In this document: one piece after another, positions 1-12,007 of the stretch | Layout: every line of letters begins with the position of its first letter | Numbering within the stretch: the stretch's first letter is position 1 | Assembly (NCBI GenBank): GCA_014905635.1 | Contig: CM026547.1 | Coordinates: 744,001 to 808,000 of the forward strand | Length of the DNA stretch: 64,000 nt | Reading direction: 5' to 3' | Source: Scenedesmus sp. PABB004 | Lineage: Eukaryota | Translations under genes and position numbers: made by a program | The notes under the pieces: generated by a model | What the model was told of the DNA's origin: nothing | The model's input: the letters and a program-made list of their open reading frames with translations, nothing else | The model's database searches: none

Positions 1-788
1 CCGTTTGCGGGGCTGCTCGGCCTGCCGTCGCTGCCGAGCCCGCCGCCGCCGCCCGTGTTCCTGCCCGGCGTCGGCCTGCTGAGCCTGACTGACGCGGTGG
101 AGCGGCTCGCGCCGCCGCTGAGCGACCAAGAGGTGGTCTACCTGCAGAGCCTGCAGGAGCTTGTCGCGAGTGCGTGGGGGGCGCCGCCGCCGCCCAGCGC
201 GGCAGCGGAGCGGCGCGGCCGCCGGCGCGGGGGGCCCCGTGCCGCGCCGAGCGGCAGCCCACCCGCCGCACCCGCGCCGCGCCTGCAGGCGTGCTGGGCG
301 TGCCGCCGGCGCAGCTGGAGAGCCCGGGGCTGGACACGCTGCTGTCGCTCGTCACAAACCCCGGCGAGCAGGCGCGCGAGCTGCAGGCCGCGCTGACGTC
401 GCTCGCGCGCGGCGACGCCGGCCAGGCGGCCGCCGCGGGCGACGTCGCGGTGGGCGTGGTCGAGCAGGTCGCGGCGACGCTGGCCGAGCGCGCGGGCGTG
501 CCGGTGGACGTGATGTTCCCGATGCGCAGGGCGATGCTGGCGGGGCTGGGCCGCAGCGGCGGCCCCGCGCCGGCGAGCGCCGCGCCCGCCCTGCCGGTGG
601 GCGCCGGCGCCAGCAGCGGCAGCGGCGGCAGCAGCCACGCCCTCGGCGCGGGCGGCCACAGCGGCGCCGGCGGGCACAGCGGCCACAGCGGCGCCGGCCT
701 GGGCGTGCTGGAGGGCGCCGTGGCGGTGGCGGCAGCGGCGAGCACCACCACGAGCAGCGGCAAGCAGCTGGTCATGAGGCAGCTGTGA
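1..788 (+). CDS. 3' end of an intron-containing gene, hypothetical protein (5' part outside window)
   Basis: Codon-biased frame PFAGLLGLPSLP...YLQSLQELVA, GT-AG intron 170-288, continues in phase as SVLGVPPAQLESPG...KQLVMRQL* (stop 786-788); TGTAA at 1059-1063 downstream. Confidence 0.6.
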
Positions 789-1025
789 GCAGTGGCACAC
801 GCGGCGGGCGGCCGGCGTCACTGAATAAGCTTGCTGTGTGAGCTCGAGCAGACCGCGTTTGCGGCCGGCCGCGCCCGACACCATTCGTCGTGCCCGCCGG
901 GTGTTGCGGGGCCCAATACGAACAGCTGCGGCCCTGGGACCGGGCGGCGCCTGTTTGATCGCGTTTGCGAGTATGCCCGCGCCGGGTGGGCGTGCGGCGT
1001 GTGCGCCGACTTGACGGCGGCGAGC

Positions 1026-1042
1026 AGAGAGAGAGAGAGAGA
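1026..1042. repeat. (AG)n microsatellite between convergent genes
   Basis: Direct reading of the sequence. Confidence 0.85.
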
Positions 1043-1070
1043 CAGAGCGGTCACCGATTGTAACCGGTGG

Positions 1071-2494
1071 TCACCGCCACGGCCGCGTCGGTACCGACCG
1101 CGGCACGCCTCGCGCCACCAGCGGCGGAGGCGGCGGGGGCGGCGGCGGCGGAGGCGGCGGCGACGGCGGCGGCGGGGGCAGCGGCGGCGGAGCCGGCGCT
1201 GGCGCGGGATGCAGCACCTTCGGCGGGGCGGTGGGGGTGCGGCGCGGTGCGGTGGGGCGCCCACGCGCGCGCTCGCAGCGACGCGCACCGCAGCCGCCCT
1301 CATCAGCCCCGCGCCCCTCCGCCAGCGCCGCGCACCTGCATCAGCGCAGCGAGCTCCGCCTGCCGCCGCGCCTCCTCGGCCGCCGCCGCGGCCTGCGCGG
1401 CCTCCCACTCGCTGCCCGCAGTCGTCAGCACCGACTCGAAGGCCCAGCCAAAGATCTGGCCGGGCGCGATGCCAGCCATGTCGACCGGCCAGGCGGGGGG
1501 CGCTGCCGGAGCAGCCGCCGGCGGCGCTGGCTGCTGCTGCTGCTCCGCCGCCTCGCTCACCGCCGGCCCCGCCGGTGGGAGCGGCGCTGCAGCTGCGGCG
1601 GCGGTGCCGCCGAGCAGCTCCGCATCGCTGCCGGCGGCGTCCGGCGCCTGGTCGGCCGCCGCCGCCGCGCCCGGCAGCGGCGCCATCGCCGCCATCGTCG
1701 CCAGCGGCGCGATGTCGAGCTGCGTCGGCGGCGGCAGCGCCGCCTGCTGCTGCCCCGCCTCGTCCAGCTGCTGCCCCGGCTCCGGCGGCCCCTCCAGCAG
1801 CTGCTGCGGCGCTTCAGGCGCCGCAAATGGTGGCGCTGCAGCGCCGCTGCCCGCCGCCGCCGCCGCCTCGGCCTCGGCGGTGGCGTTGCGCACCGTGAAG
1901 GCCTGCACGACGTCGCTGCCGCTCGAGAGCACGCCGTCGCCGTGCTGCGCCGCCGCCACGGTCAGCGTGGCAGCGTAGCGCCCCGCCGGCAGCACCACGC
2001 TGCGCTGCGCGCCCACGAAGCTCGTCTCAAACGGCCGCCCGTCGTCGCGCGTGCCGGAGACCTCCCAGTCCCAGCCCACGAGCGCCGCGCCCGCGAGCGC
2101 CTGCGAGGCGGCGCCGTCGAACATCACCGGCTGCTTGCCCGTGATGACCAGCTCCTGGCCGGCCCGCGGCGCGGTGATGCGCGCGGTCGGGCCGGCGATG
2201 CCGGCGAGCCAGACCGACACCGCCGCCGCGCCCGACGGCGGCGCGGCCTGCGGCGCGGCAGCGGCGCCGACGGCGGGCATCCACTCCGCGGGACCCGCGT
2301 CCAGCAGCGCTCTCCGCCGTTGGCCAGGCGCCGCGCTGCTGCGGGCGGCGCGCGGCGGCGGCGGTCAGGCCAGCGCGCCGCTGCTGCCGCCGGTGCGCTG
2401 CCGCGGTGTCGCGCTCGCACCAGAGCGCGCACGATGCGCAGGCTGCGAGCGCGATCAGCGCCAGCGCGTGCGCCGGCTGGCGCGCGCGCGGCAT
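1071..2494 (-). CDS. Secreted protein with PKD/Ig-like domain and Pro-rich (extensin-like) C-terminal tail
   Basis: ATG 2494 with hydrophobic signal-like HALALIALAACASCAL; RRRALL motif; PTARITAP...VMFDGAASQ...WDWEV...LPAGRYAATLTV resembles a PKD beta-sandwich; last exon VLHPAPAPAPPPLPPPPSPPPP...PWR*; two short introns. Confidence 0.6.
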
Positions 2495-2874
2495 CGCGCG
2501 CGGCAAGCCGCGACAGCCGCGCGTCGCTGCTGTCCGAGCGAGGCCGCTGAGCGCCAGCACGACGCGGAGCGGGCTGGCAGCACTCGTGAGAACGTCAAGG
2601 CGGTTGCAGATCGGCCCGCGAGCCGCTGGCGCGCGGAGCTGAGCGCTTCGGGCGCGGGAAAGCGGCTGAGCGCGGGACGGGGGCGCGCTGGCTGCCGCCC
2701 TGTTCGTGAACTGCGGCCCAGCAGCGGCTCCGAGCACCCGGGAGCTGCGCGCGTGGCGCTCGAGCCGCTGGCGTGACGCCGCGACGAGGCGACGCGACCC
2801 CAGCGCTTGCCCGTCTGCCTGCCCCCGTTCCGCCGCCCCCGAGCTGCCCCCGGCCCGCCCAGCCCCCTTCCCTC

Positions 2875-3684
2875 TCACACGCCGAGCGCCGCCTCCAGCG
2901 CGGCGCGCTCGCGCGCCCCGAGGTGCGGCGCCGCGGCCTCGAACCAGCCCGGGTCGGCCGCGGCGAGCTGCGCCAGCCCCGCGCGCACGAGCGCGCGCAT
3001 CGGCGTGCGCAGCAGCGGGTCGTTGGCGTCGGCGGGGTCGTCCGGCAGCGGTGTCGCGGCGGCGCTGCGGTCCATGACGTCGGCGAGGTCCAGCCCGCCC
3101 TCGCCGCCGAGCTCCGGCGGCACGCTGCGCGAGTTCCGGGCGGCCGCGGCGCGGGCGGCTCAGCCGTTCGTCGCCGTCCGCCCCCGCTTGGGCGGCAGCA
3201 CGCGCCGCGCTCGCGCACCCCATGGCCTTGAGCCGCGCGCCGACGGGGCTCGAAAAGTCGGGCGCGCAGGCGCCGCCGCCGTCGTCGTCGTCGTCGCTGC
3301 CGCTCTCGTCGCCCCAGTCGCCCTCCTCCTCCTCGCCGCCGCCGCCGCCGCGGCCGCCCTCGGCGTCAGCCGCGAGCAGCTGCCCCAGCACCTGCAGCAC
3401 CTTGGCGGGCGCGGGGACCTGGGTGTAGTGCAGGCCGCCCTGCTGCCGCGCGCGCGCGCGCGTCACGCGGCCGCCCCCGCCGCCGCCGGCCTCCTCGACG
3501 GGCTGTCCCTGGCACAGCAGCCCCACGAGCGCGGGGTGGTGCCGCGCCTGCAGCAGCTGCAGCAGCGCGGCCGCGCTCCGGCGCGTGAGCAGGCTGCCGG
3601 TCATGTCTGGCGCGTGCTCCAGCCACAGCGGCACCACGACCGCGAGGCCGCTCGCGGCGGAGCCGCCTGCGGCGGCGGCGACAC

Positions 3685-3717
<33 letters not shown>

Positions 3718-6700
3718 TCAACGTGCGAGCACGGCGGCCGCAGCCGGTGCTGTGCCGCCGCGCGCCAAAGAAGCCAGCGGCGGCGGCGCACCCGGCGACG
3801 CGAGCTGCATGCCCGCCAGCAGCTCCAGCAGGCGCGCGGAGTCGAGCAGCGCGAGGCACACGACAAACTCCAGCAGGCTCGCAACGGTCGCGGCGCTGCA
3901 GCCGCCGCCCGCGAGCTTGGCGGCGAGGGCGTGCAGCAGCAGGCCCACGCAGCTGCCCGCGGCGGGGCCCGCGGCCGCGCCGGCGCCCGCCGCCAGCGCC
4001 GGCGGCGGCGGCGCCGCGAGCTCGGAAGGGAATGTCTTGAGCAGCTGCGCCAGCAGCGGCCCCGCGCAGCGGCTGCAGCTGTCCGGCTGCGCCGGCGCGA
4101 CCAGCTGCAGCGCCGCGCCGAGCAGGCGCGCCAGCGGCCCGCCGCCCTCGCCCGGCGCGTCGGCAGCGCACGCCGCCAGCAGCTCCGGCGTGGGGCAGCA
4201 GCGCAGCAGCTGCAGCAGCAGCTGGACGGCGCTGTTGAGCTCCGACGGGTCGTCCGAGGCTGAAAGCAGCGCCAGCACGGGGCCCAGCACGCCGCGGCAC
4301 AGCTGCGGGCGGGCGCGGGGCGGGCGCGCATCGACGAGCCCCCGTCGGCGAGCCAGCCCCGCACACACGAGCGCGCGCCCGGCAGCAGACGGTCCGCGGC
4401 CCGCCAGCCGCCGCCCGGCGCACCTCGGCCGCGACCGCGGGCTGCCCTGGGTCAACGAGCGTGCCCAGCAGGTCCAGGCTCGCCTCCACGAGCATCGGCC
4501 CCTCCTCGCCCGCGCCCTGCGCGGCTGGCGGCGGCGCGGCGGCGCGCGCCGCGCCGCGTGCCGCCGCGCCGCGCGCAAGGATGCCTGCGAGTGTCGGCGC
4601 CGCCGCCGCGGCGAGGCCGGGCAGGCACGCGGGGTGGGCGGCGATGGCGGCAATGACCGCCTGCGCGTCCGGGGCGATCAGCGGGTCCGCCGTGTGCGCG
4701 ACCCAGACCTGTGGGCGCGGTGCGCGGGTGGCGGCGGCCGTGTCAGTGCAGGAGCGAGCCCAAGGAAGGCGCGGCGGCGCGCGTGCGCGTGCGCGCGCCG
4801 CACCTGCAGCACGGGCTGCGCCACCGCGAGCGCCTGCTCCGGCGCGAGGCCCGGCGCGCCGCGCGCGCCCGCCGCGTCAATGACTGCCGCGAGAACCTCC
4901 AGCACGAGGTGCAGGCTCTCCTCCTCCGCCGCGCCCAGCAGGCGCACGAGCGCCGGCAGCAGCTGCGGCAGCAGCGCCGCGAGGCCCGCCGCCGGCGCCG
5001 CAGGGCAGAGGCAGGCCAGGGCGCGGAACGCGCCGATGCTGACCGTGGCCGAGCTGCCCGCGACGACTGGCGCGGGCGCCGCGGCGCGGCGGAGGGCGGC
5101 GCAGCGTGAGGCGGGGGAAACCGGGAGGCGGGGGCGCCCGCGTGCGAGGGCGCCGGCGCCGGCGGCGCGCGCGGCGCCCACCCGCGGCCGCGGCCGCCTG
5201 CAGCAGCGCCTCGCGCTGCGCCGGCGTGGCGACCTCCTGCAGCCGCGCGCCGACGCAGAGCGCGCGGCCGGCCAGGAGCTGCTGCCCGTCGTCGCCCAGC
5301 TGCGGCGGCGGCACGGGCTGCTGCTGCGCCTGCAGCGCCGCGCCCGTCGCCGCGAGCGGCGCGAGGTCGCGCTGCAGCAGCGCGTCGACCGCCTGCTGCA
5401 GCTGCGCCGCCGGCAGCGCGCCCGACGCCACGGCCTGCAGCCGCCGCGGCAGCGGCGGCGTTGGCGCGCCGCCGTGCCGGCAGCCACGGCAGCAGCAAGC
5501 CCACCCGCCCGCGCGCCCGTGCCCGTGCAGCGCAGACCCACCTGCACGAGCTGGTCGCTGCAGGCGCCCAGGGCCATGATCGCCGCCTCGCGCATCGCCC
5601 ACCAGCTGGCCTGGCCCGCCGCCGCCGCGGCGTCCGCCTCGGCCAGGCGGCGCGACACGGCCTCAAGCAGCAGGACGAGCGCGGCGACACCAAACGTGTC
5701 AGCCAGCTCCACGAGCACCAGCTCCGCGGACGCCCTGCGCAGGGCGCGGCCGCGGCGCGGTCAGCGGTCCGCGCGGGGGGCATGCCTGGGCGAGCCGCCT
5801 GCCCCCCTCCCTTGCTCTGCGGCGCCGGCTGCGTGAGCAGCTGGGCGGCCGCCGCGCGGCAGCGCTCGCCTGCATGACACGATGTCCTCCTCCTCGTCAG
5901 CCACAAACTGGTTGACGCTCGCCGCCCACGCGTGCGCCTGGTCCTGCGCGCCGGCGGGCACGCGCACCGCCTTCGTCGCACGCGGGCGCGCGCGCCGCGC
6001 GGGGGCGCTGGCCTGCCCTGCCTGCGAGAGACGCGCACGCGCTGCACGGCGCACCTCTGTCATCTGGAGGTATGGGATCGCCACGTACACCAGCTGCGGC
6101 AGCGCCGCGCCCAGCTGCTGCCGGAAGCGCGGCGGGCCGACGAGGCTGAGCAGCAGCTCAAACAGCTGCGGCGGCGGGCGCGGGCGGCGCGGCGCGGGCG
6201 CCGTCAGCACGGCGCCGGGGGCGCGCGCCACGACCCACACAGCACGCACAGCACACACAGCACACGGCGACGGTCGGCGGCGGGCGTGTCAGAGCAAGGA
6301 TGACTATTTGGCTGCCAATTCTCATCAGCCAGCGGCCGGGGCCGCTGCGATTGCACGGTAGGGCGTTGTTCGCCCTCAGTCGCGGTGTGAGACTCATCAG
6401 CCACGCCCGCCCCGCGACGCAACGCAACGAACGCAGCACGACACGCCGCCACGCGCCGCCGCCGCGCAGCGCGCGGCGAGCGCTGCTGCGCCCGCCCGCG
6501 CCCGGCCGCACCTGCGCCAGCAGCGACTCGAGACCCACGCCCTCGTCGCCGTCCGCGCCGTCCGCGGCGTCGTGCCCGTCCTCGCCGCTGCCCTCCACCA
6601 GCACCGCCTGGTGCAGCGGCTGCAGCGGCGGGGGGAGCGGGTCAGCACCCGGGCCTCGCCGCGAGCGCGCACGCGGCCCCGCGCCCGCGCCCCCGGTCCC

Positions 6701-8104
6701 GCGGACCTGCGCCGCGAGCAGCAGCTGCCACGTCGCGCCCATGAGCGCCGGGACGCTGCCCTCCAGGGGCTTGCTGAAGTAGGTGACCAGCGGCTGCGCG
6801 AGCCGCAGCGCCGCGTGCTTCGCCGGCCAGCCGGCGCGGTCCTGCGCGCGCGGGGTGGCGCGGTGAGCGGCGGGCGGTGCACGCGCCCGGCGCGGCGGCG
6901 CAGCGCGCCGTTGCGCGCGGCGCGCGTGCCTGCATGTCGGCGCCCAGCACGCCGCACACGAGCGGGACCCAAGGGGACATGAGGGGGACGAGCATGTTCC
7001 GCACCTGCGAGGCGGGGCGGCGGCGACACGAGCGGGCGTGTGGCGCGGCGCGCTGCATGTCGGCGGCGCGGCGCGGCGCGTGCGAGCTGCCCGCGTGCAG
7101 TGTTGCCCCCGCTGCCGCGGCGCGCGCCTGGCGCTGGTAGGTCCCCGAGAGCGAGGCGAGCGCGCCGGCGAGCTCGGCCATGATCGCGAAGCAGGTCGCC
7201 GCGAGCCCCGGCGGCGTGTGCGGGGCCGACACGACCGCCGCGAGCTCCGGCGACAGCGCCTGCACGAGCGCGGGCGCCTGGTCGTTGTCGAGGTCGGACG
7301 CCATCACGCCGAGGCAGCGCAGGCAGCCCATGACTGCGGCGGCGCGGGGCGCGCGGCGCGTGGGCGCGGGGCGCGGAGCGCGCCGGCGGCCGCCTGCTGC
7401 CGCTGCGGCTGGGCCGGCGCGCCGGCTGCGCACGCAGGTTGGTGTCCTTGCGCTCCTTGATGGCCCCCACAATGAACTCCAGAAGCCCCGGCCACGCCTG
7501 GCAGCGGCGCGGCGGCGGCGCGGCGGCGGTCGGCGGCCGGCGGCGCGGCGGCTGCTAGCTGCCAGGGCCGGCCCGCGTCGGCGGCGGCGGCGTTGCGCGC
7601 GCCGCAGGCGCGCCTGGGGCCAGTCCCACGCCGCGACCGCGGCGATGGCCATGCCGACGGCGGTGCGTATCTTGGAGTCGGGGTCGGCCAGCCCCGCCGG
7701 CAGCGCCGCGCGGATGGCGGCCTTGTCCGCCTCGCTGACCTCCGGCGGCACGAAGCCGCGCTCGCCCTCGACCCAGTGCTGCGAGAGAGGGGCGCCGGCG
7801 GCGGCGCGGGGCGGTGGCGGCGTGGGCCGGCAGCGGCGGCGCGCGGGCCGGCGGCGCGGGCGGCGGCGGTGGCGGCGCCGCGCACCTGCTTCACGTACTG
7901 CTTGAGCAGCACCGCCGCCGCCTGGCGGTCGGGCGGGGGCAGCTCCGCGGCGTGCGCGATCTGCGCGAGCGCCACGCCAAAGCCCGGCGCGGCGCCCTCG
8001 CGCGCGAGCGCCGCCTCCGCCGCCCGGATCGCCTCCGGGTCCTGCGCCGCCGCCAGCAGCCGCACCGCCGCCAGCACGCGCTGGGGCTGCGGCGGCTCCG
8101 CCAT
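2875..8104 (-). CDS. IPO9: Importin-9 (karyopherin beta family), multi-exon
   Basis: IBN_N region DRQAAAVLLKQYVKQ|HW...DKAAIRAALPAGLADPDSKIRTAVGMAIAAVAAWDWPQ; W..SVNQFVADEEED..SCR; WWAMREAAIMALG; acidic loop near the C-terminus; ends AALEAALGV*. Confidence 0.88.
6282..6408 (-). ncRNA. Intronic box C/D snoRNA, predicted guide for 2'-O-methylation of U6 snRNA
   Basis: In an unusually long importin-9 intron, same strand: terminal stem GGGCGUG/CACGCCC, box C UGAUGA (6399-6394), D' CUGA (6379-6376), C' UGAUGA (6327-6322), D CUGA (6292-6289); GUCAUCCUUGC before box D is complementary to U6 GCAAGGAUGAC. Confidence 0.85.
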
Positions 8105-8459
8105 GGCCGCGCCCCTCGGCAACCGCCGCTGCTCGCGCGCAGCGCCGCCGGCAACCAACCGCACGGAGGCTCAACGAGCGTGGGCGCCGGGTCGCCGCAA
8201 TGACGCGGGCGGCTGCGGAGTGGCCGATCGAGCGGCAGGCGCGACAAAAGGGTGAATGTTAAGCGGGGCGCCGCCGCTGCCAGACCCTGCCCTCGCACGG
8301 GGCTGCGGGGCGACACAATCGCACTGCTCCACACACCATTCTGCATCGCGCGCCACACCTCGGCCGCTCCACGCGCCAGGCCGATCCCGCCCCGCGCCGC
8401 GCGCCCGCCAGCGCGGCGGGGGGCGCGCCCGTCGCCCCGGGCATGGGCCGGCACGCCTC

Positions 8460-10696
8460 ATGAGGCGGGCGGGCGGGCCGTGCCCGTGCTGCGGGAACGC
8501 GAGCCGAGGCAAGCTCTGCCCGGCCTGCATCAATGCCCAAATCTTCGCGCGCCCCGAGGGTGCCGAGTCGCTGGCGGGCCTCCGGGAGCGGCGCGCGGCG
8601 CTGCTGACGCAGCTGGAGGCGCGCCTGGAGCAGCAGGCGCGGAGCGCGCGGCGCAGCGGCGGGCCCGGCGCGCCGCACGGCCGCGGCGGCGGCCCGGGGG
8701 GCGGCCGGGGCGGCGCGCGAGCTGGGGGGCGTGCATGCGGCAGCTGCGGCGGCGCCGCGCGCGCGCGCGCGCGCGCCGCTGCCTGCGCCGTCTGCGCACT
8801 GCCACGCCTGGCGCCGCTGACGCGGACGCCGCGCGCGACCCGCGGCCGCAGGCGGGCGCGCAGCGCCAGCGCGTGGCGCGATGGCAGGCGCTGCAGGAGC
8901 TCAAGGCCGCGCGCGCGCAGGCGGCGCGCGCCAAGGAGGCGCTGGCGCGCGGTGAGGCGGCGCGGGGCTGCGTGGCCACGCGCCGCGGCCCGCGCCGCTG
9001 CGCGCTCCGCTCACGTTGCCGCGCCGCGCGCGCCTCCGCCGCCGCCGCGCAGCGCAGCAGCAGCTGGCGGCGCTGGGCGCGTCAAACGCGGCGCGGCGGC
9101 GCGCGGTGGACGAGCTCGCCGCGTCGCTGGCGGCCGCGCGGCAGAGCGTGCTGGGCGTCACGCTGCCGACCGTGCTGCGCTACCAGTCCCTTACGCTGAG
9201 CCACGTGGGCGCGATGCTCGCGCGCGAGCAGCGCCACAAGCTGCGTGAGCTGTCGGAGGTCTTCCCGCTGCGCATCAACGCCGTGCGCACCGCGGGCGGG
9301 CCGATCCAGATCACCGTCGCAAACCTGCGCCTGCCCGACAGCGGCGCGGCGCCGCCGGGCGGCTGGCCCGAGCCGCAGGTGCACGCGCGTGCGCGCGGTT
9401 CGGCCACGCATCGTCCAGCCCCGCGCCGGCCGCGCCGGCCGCGCTGACAGCCCGCCGCCCCCCTCCGCCGCCGCCGGCAGGCCACGAGCGCGGCGCTGGG
9501 CTACCTGCTGCTGCTGGTTGACCAGGTCTCGCTCATCATGGGCGGCCCCGTGCTGCACGAGTCGGCGCACCAGGCGAGCACGAGCAGCATCTGGACGCCC
9601 GCTGGCTTCTGGGACCGGCGGCCGCCGAGCGCGGGTGCGATGCTGCCGCTGCACGTCGCGGCGCCGGGCGGCGGCGCGGCCGGCGGCGCGGGCCCCGCGG
9701 CGTACGCGTCGACCACGGGGCGCTACCTCGCGGGCGCGTCGTTCTGGGGCCCGCGCGGGGACGCGCCCGGCGGCGGCGCGGCCGGGCTCGCCGCAAGCAC
9801 TGCCTCGGCCGCCGCAGCGGCGGCGTACGCGGGCGCGGCGGCCGCGGCCGCGGCGCTCGGCCGCGCGACGGGCCTGGAGGCCGGCGGCGGCGCTGCGCCC
9901 GGCGCCGCGCCGAGCGCGGCGGGCGGCCCTGGCGGCGGCGGCGGCGGCGCCGGCGGTTCTGGCGGCGCGCGCGGCGGGCGCCCGCCCGACTTCAAGGCGG
10001 CGTGGGACCTGCTGCAGCGCAGCCTGGCCTGCTTCCTCAAGGACAAGGCCGCGCACAACGGCATGCAGCTGCCCGCGGCGTGGAACCCGCTCGCCTGGCT
10101 CGTCGTGTACTGCGCCGTGGTCAAACGCGACGCGAAGCAGGACGGAAAGCTCGTCGCCGCGAGCGCGCAGGCCGACGCCGCGGCGGCGGCGGCGGCGGCG
10201 CGGCGGCGGCGAGCCGCCCGGCGGCGAGGCGGCCGCGGCGCTGGCGGCGGCCGGCGGCGGCGCGCCCCGCTCGGCGGGCACCACGGCTGGACGGGTGCGG
10301 CGCCAGCGCCCAGCACCGGCGCGGCCGGGCCCGCGCTGTGTGCGCCCCTGCCGCCCGCCCGCCGGTGGCCGATGAGTGCGCAACGCCGCCGCCCGCCGCC
10401 GCCGCCCAGGGCTGGAGGAGGACGACGAGGACGAGGAGGACGACGGCTGGGGCGTCGTGCAGGCGCCCTACCTCCCGCCGCCGCCGTCGCAGCCCGACGC
10501 CGTGGAGCACTGGGCGCGCGCGATGTACGCCGACGGCAACGCGCGCGGCGCGCGCCGCCCCGGCGCGTCGGCGCCCGGCCGCGGCGCGGCCGGGCTCGCG
10601 CGGCTCGGCAGCGCCAGCGGCGCCGCGCTCGGCAGCAGCCCGGGCGCGGGGGGCATGCTGCCGATGGAGCGCATTCGCTCGCTGTTCGGCAAGTGA
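8460..10696 (+). CDS. ATG14: Autophagy-related protein 14 (class III PI3K complex subunit), multi-exon
   Basis: N-terminal CPCC...CPAC zinc motif, coiled coil, SAALGYLLLLVDQVSLIMGGPVLHE...SSIW...FWD, and C-terminal W..VQAPYLPPPPSQPDAVEHWARAMYAD, matching plant-type ATG14. Confidence 0.85.
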
Positions 10697-11167
10697 GGCG
10701 GGAGGGAGCGAGGCGGGGCGCGAGGCGAGGCCGAGGCTCGCCGCGCGGGGCGCGCCGCGCGGCGCGCCGGCGTGTGTACCAACAGCATATGAGCGCCTGC
10801 ACTGAGGCTCGTGGCTGCGCCCCTGGCGGCGCCCCTGTGGCCGCCCTGGTGGCCGGGGGCCGCGCGGCGGTTGAACGGGTCCACGCACATGCGGGCCAAT
10901 TCCGCGCCGCGCGTCGCCCGCCCGCCCAAGCCGCGCCGCCTGGGTGCGTCCCACGCCGTCCGGCACCCAGCCACGCGCTCGGATCGGCGCGCACCGCTTT
11001 GCGCCGGCGGCGGCGCGCTTTTGCTGCGCGCCACGCCGCACCACGCCCGCCCGTGCCCACCGGCGATGCCCAAGCGACACGCTCTGGGCATTCCTGTGTG
11101 CTGTTTGCCCCGGTTTTTTAAGCTCCACGCACCGAGGCCGATCGCGTGCACCACTCAGCAGCGCGCG

Positions 11168-12007
11168 ATGGGAAGGCCTTTCCGAGAGTACCTGTCGGGG
11201 CCAAGGATTTATTGCTGCTCAGGCTGCAAGACGCACGCGGCGGACCACGATGACATCGTCTCCAAGGCGCGCCCGCCCCGGAGCGCCGAGGCGGGGCGCA
11301 TGCGCCCGATTGGCGGGGCTCCCCGCGCAGCGGCGCCCCCGCGCGCCTCGGGCCCCGCCTCACGCGATCTCCCGCACCGCAGGCCTTCCAGGGCCGCCGC
11401 GGCCGGGCCTACCTGTTCAACAGCGTGTGAGCGGGGGCCCAACCCGTCGCGCTGCTCCCTCCCGGCGCCCGCCGCGCGCCAGCCCGCCCACGCCCGCCCC
11501 CCCCCCCCGCGCCGACGCGCAGCGTGAACGTGTCGCTGGGCCCCAAGGAGGACCGCATGCTCATCACCGGCCTGCACACGGTCGCCGACGTGCGTGGGCG
11601 CGGCGCGCTGCTGGCGCCGCGGGCGCCCGCGCCCAGCGCCGCCGCCGGCCGCGCAGATCTTCTGCACCGTCTGCAACACCAACCTGGGCTGGAAGTACGA
11701 GATGGCCTTCGAGGAGGGGCAGAAGTACAAGGTGCCGCGGCCGCCGCCCCGCGCGGCGCCGCGCGCACGCGCGCGTGCAGCGGCCCGGCCCGCGCGGCGC
11801 GCGCGCCGTGCCGCAACCGCGCCGCGCGCCCGCGCCCGCGCCCGCGCCCGCCACTCGCAGGAGGGCAAGTTCATTCTGGAGAAGACCAACCTGCTCAAGG
11901 TGCGGAGGGCTCCGCTGCCTGCCTCCCCGACCCTCTGGCCGCGCGGAGCGCCCAGCGCTCACGCCGCCGCCCGACCCGCCCTGCGCGCGCAGGACGGCCA
12001 GTGGTGA
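11168..12007 (+). CDS. YPEL: Yippee-like protein (6 exons)
   Basis: Spliced product MGRPFREYLSGPRIYCCSGCKTH...[76 protein letters not shown]...W*. Confidence 0.95.

Noticed and set aside
10180..10410. Possible double frameshift in the ATG14 low-complexity region
   Set aside because: The main frame stays open and joins the last exon in phase; an alternative frame reads more naturally but cannot be resolved without reads.
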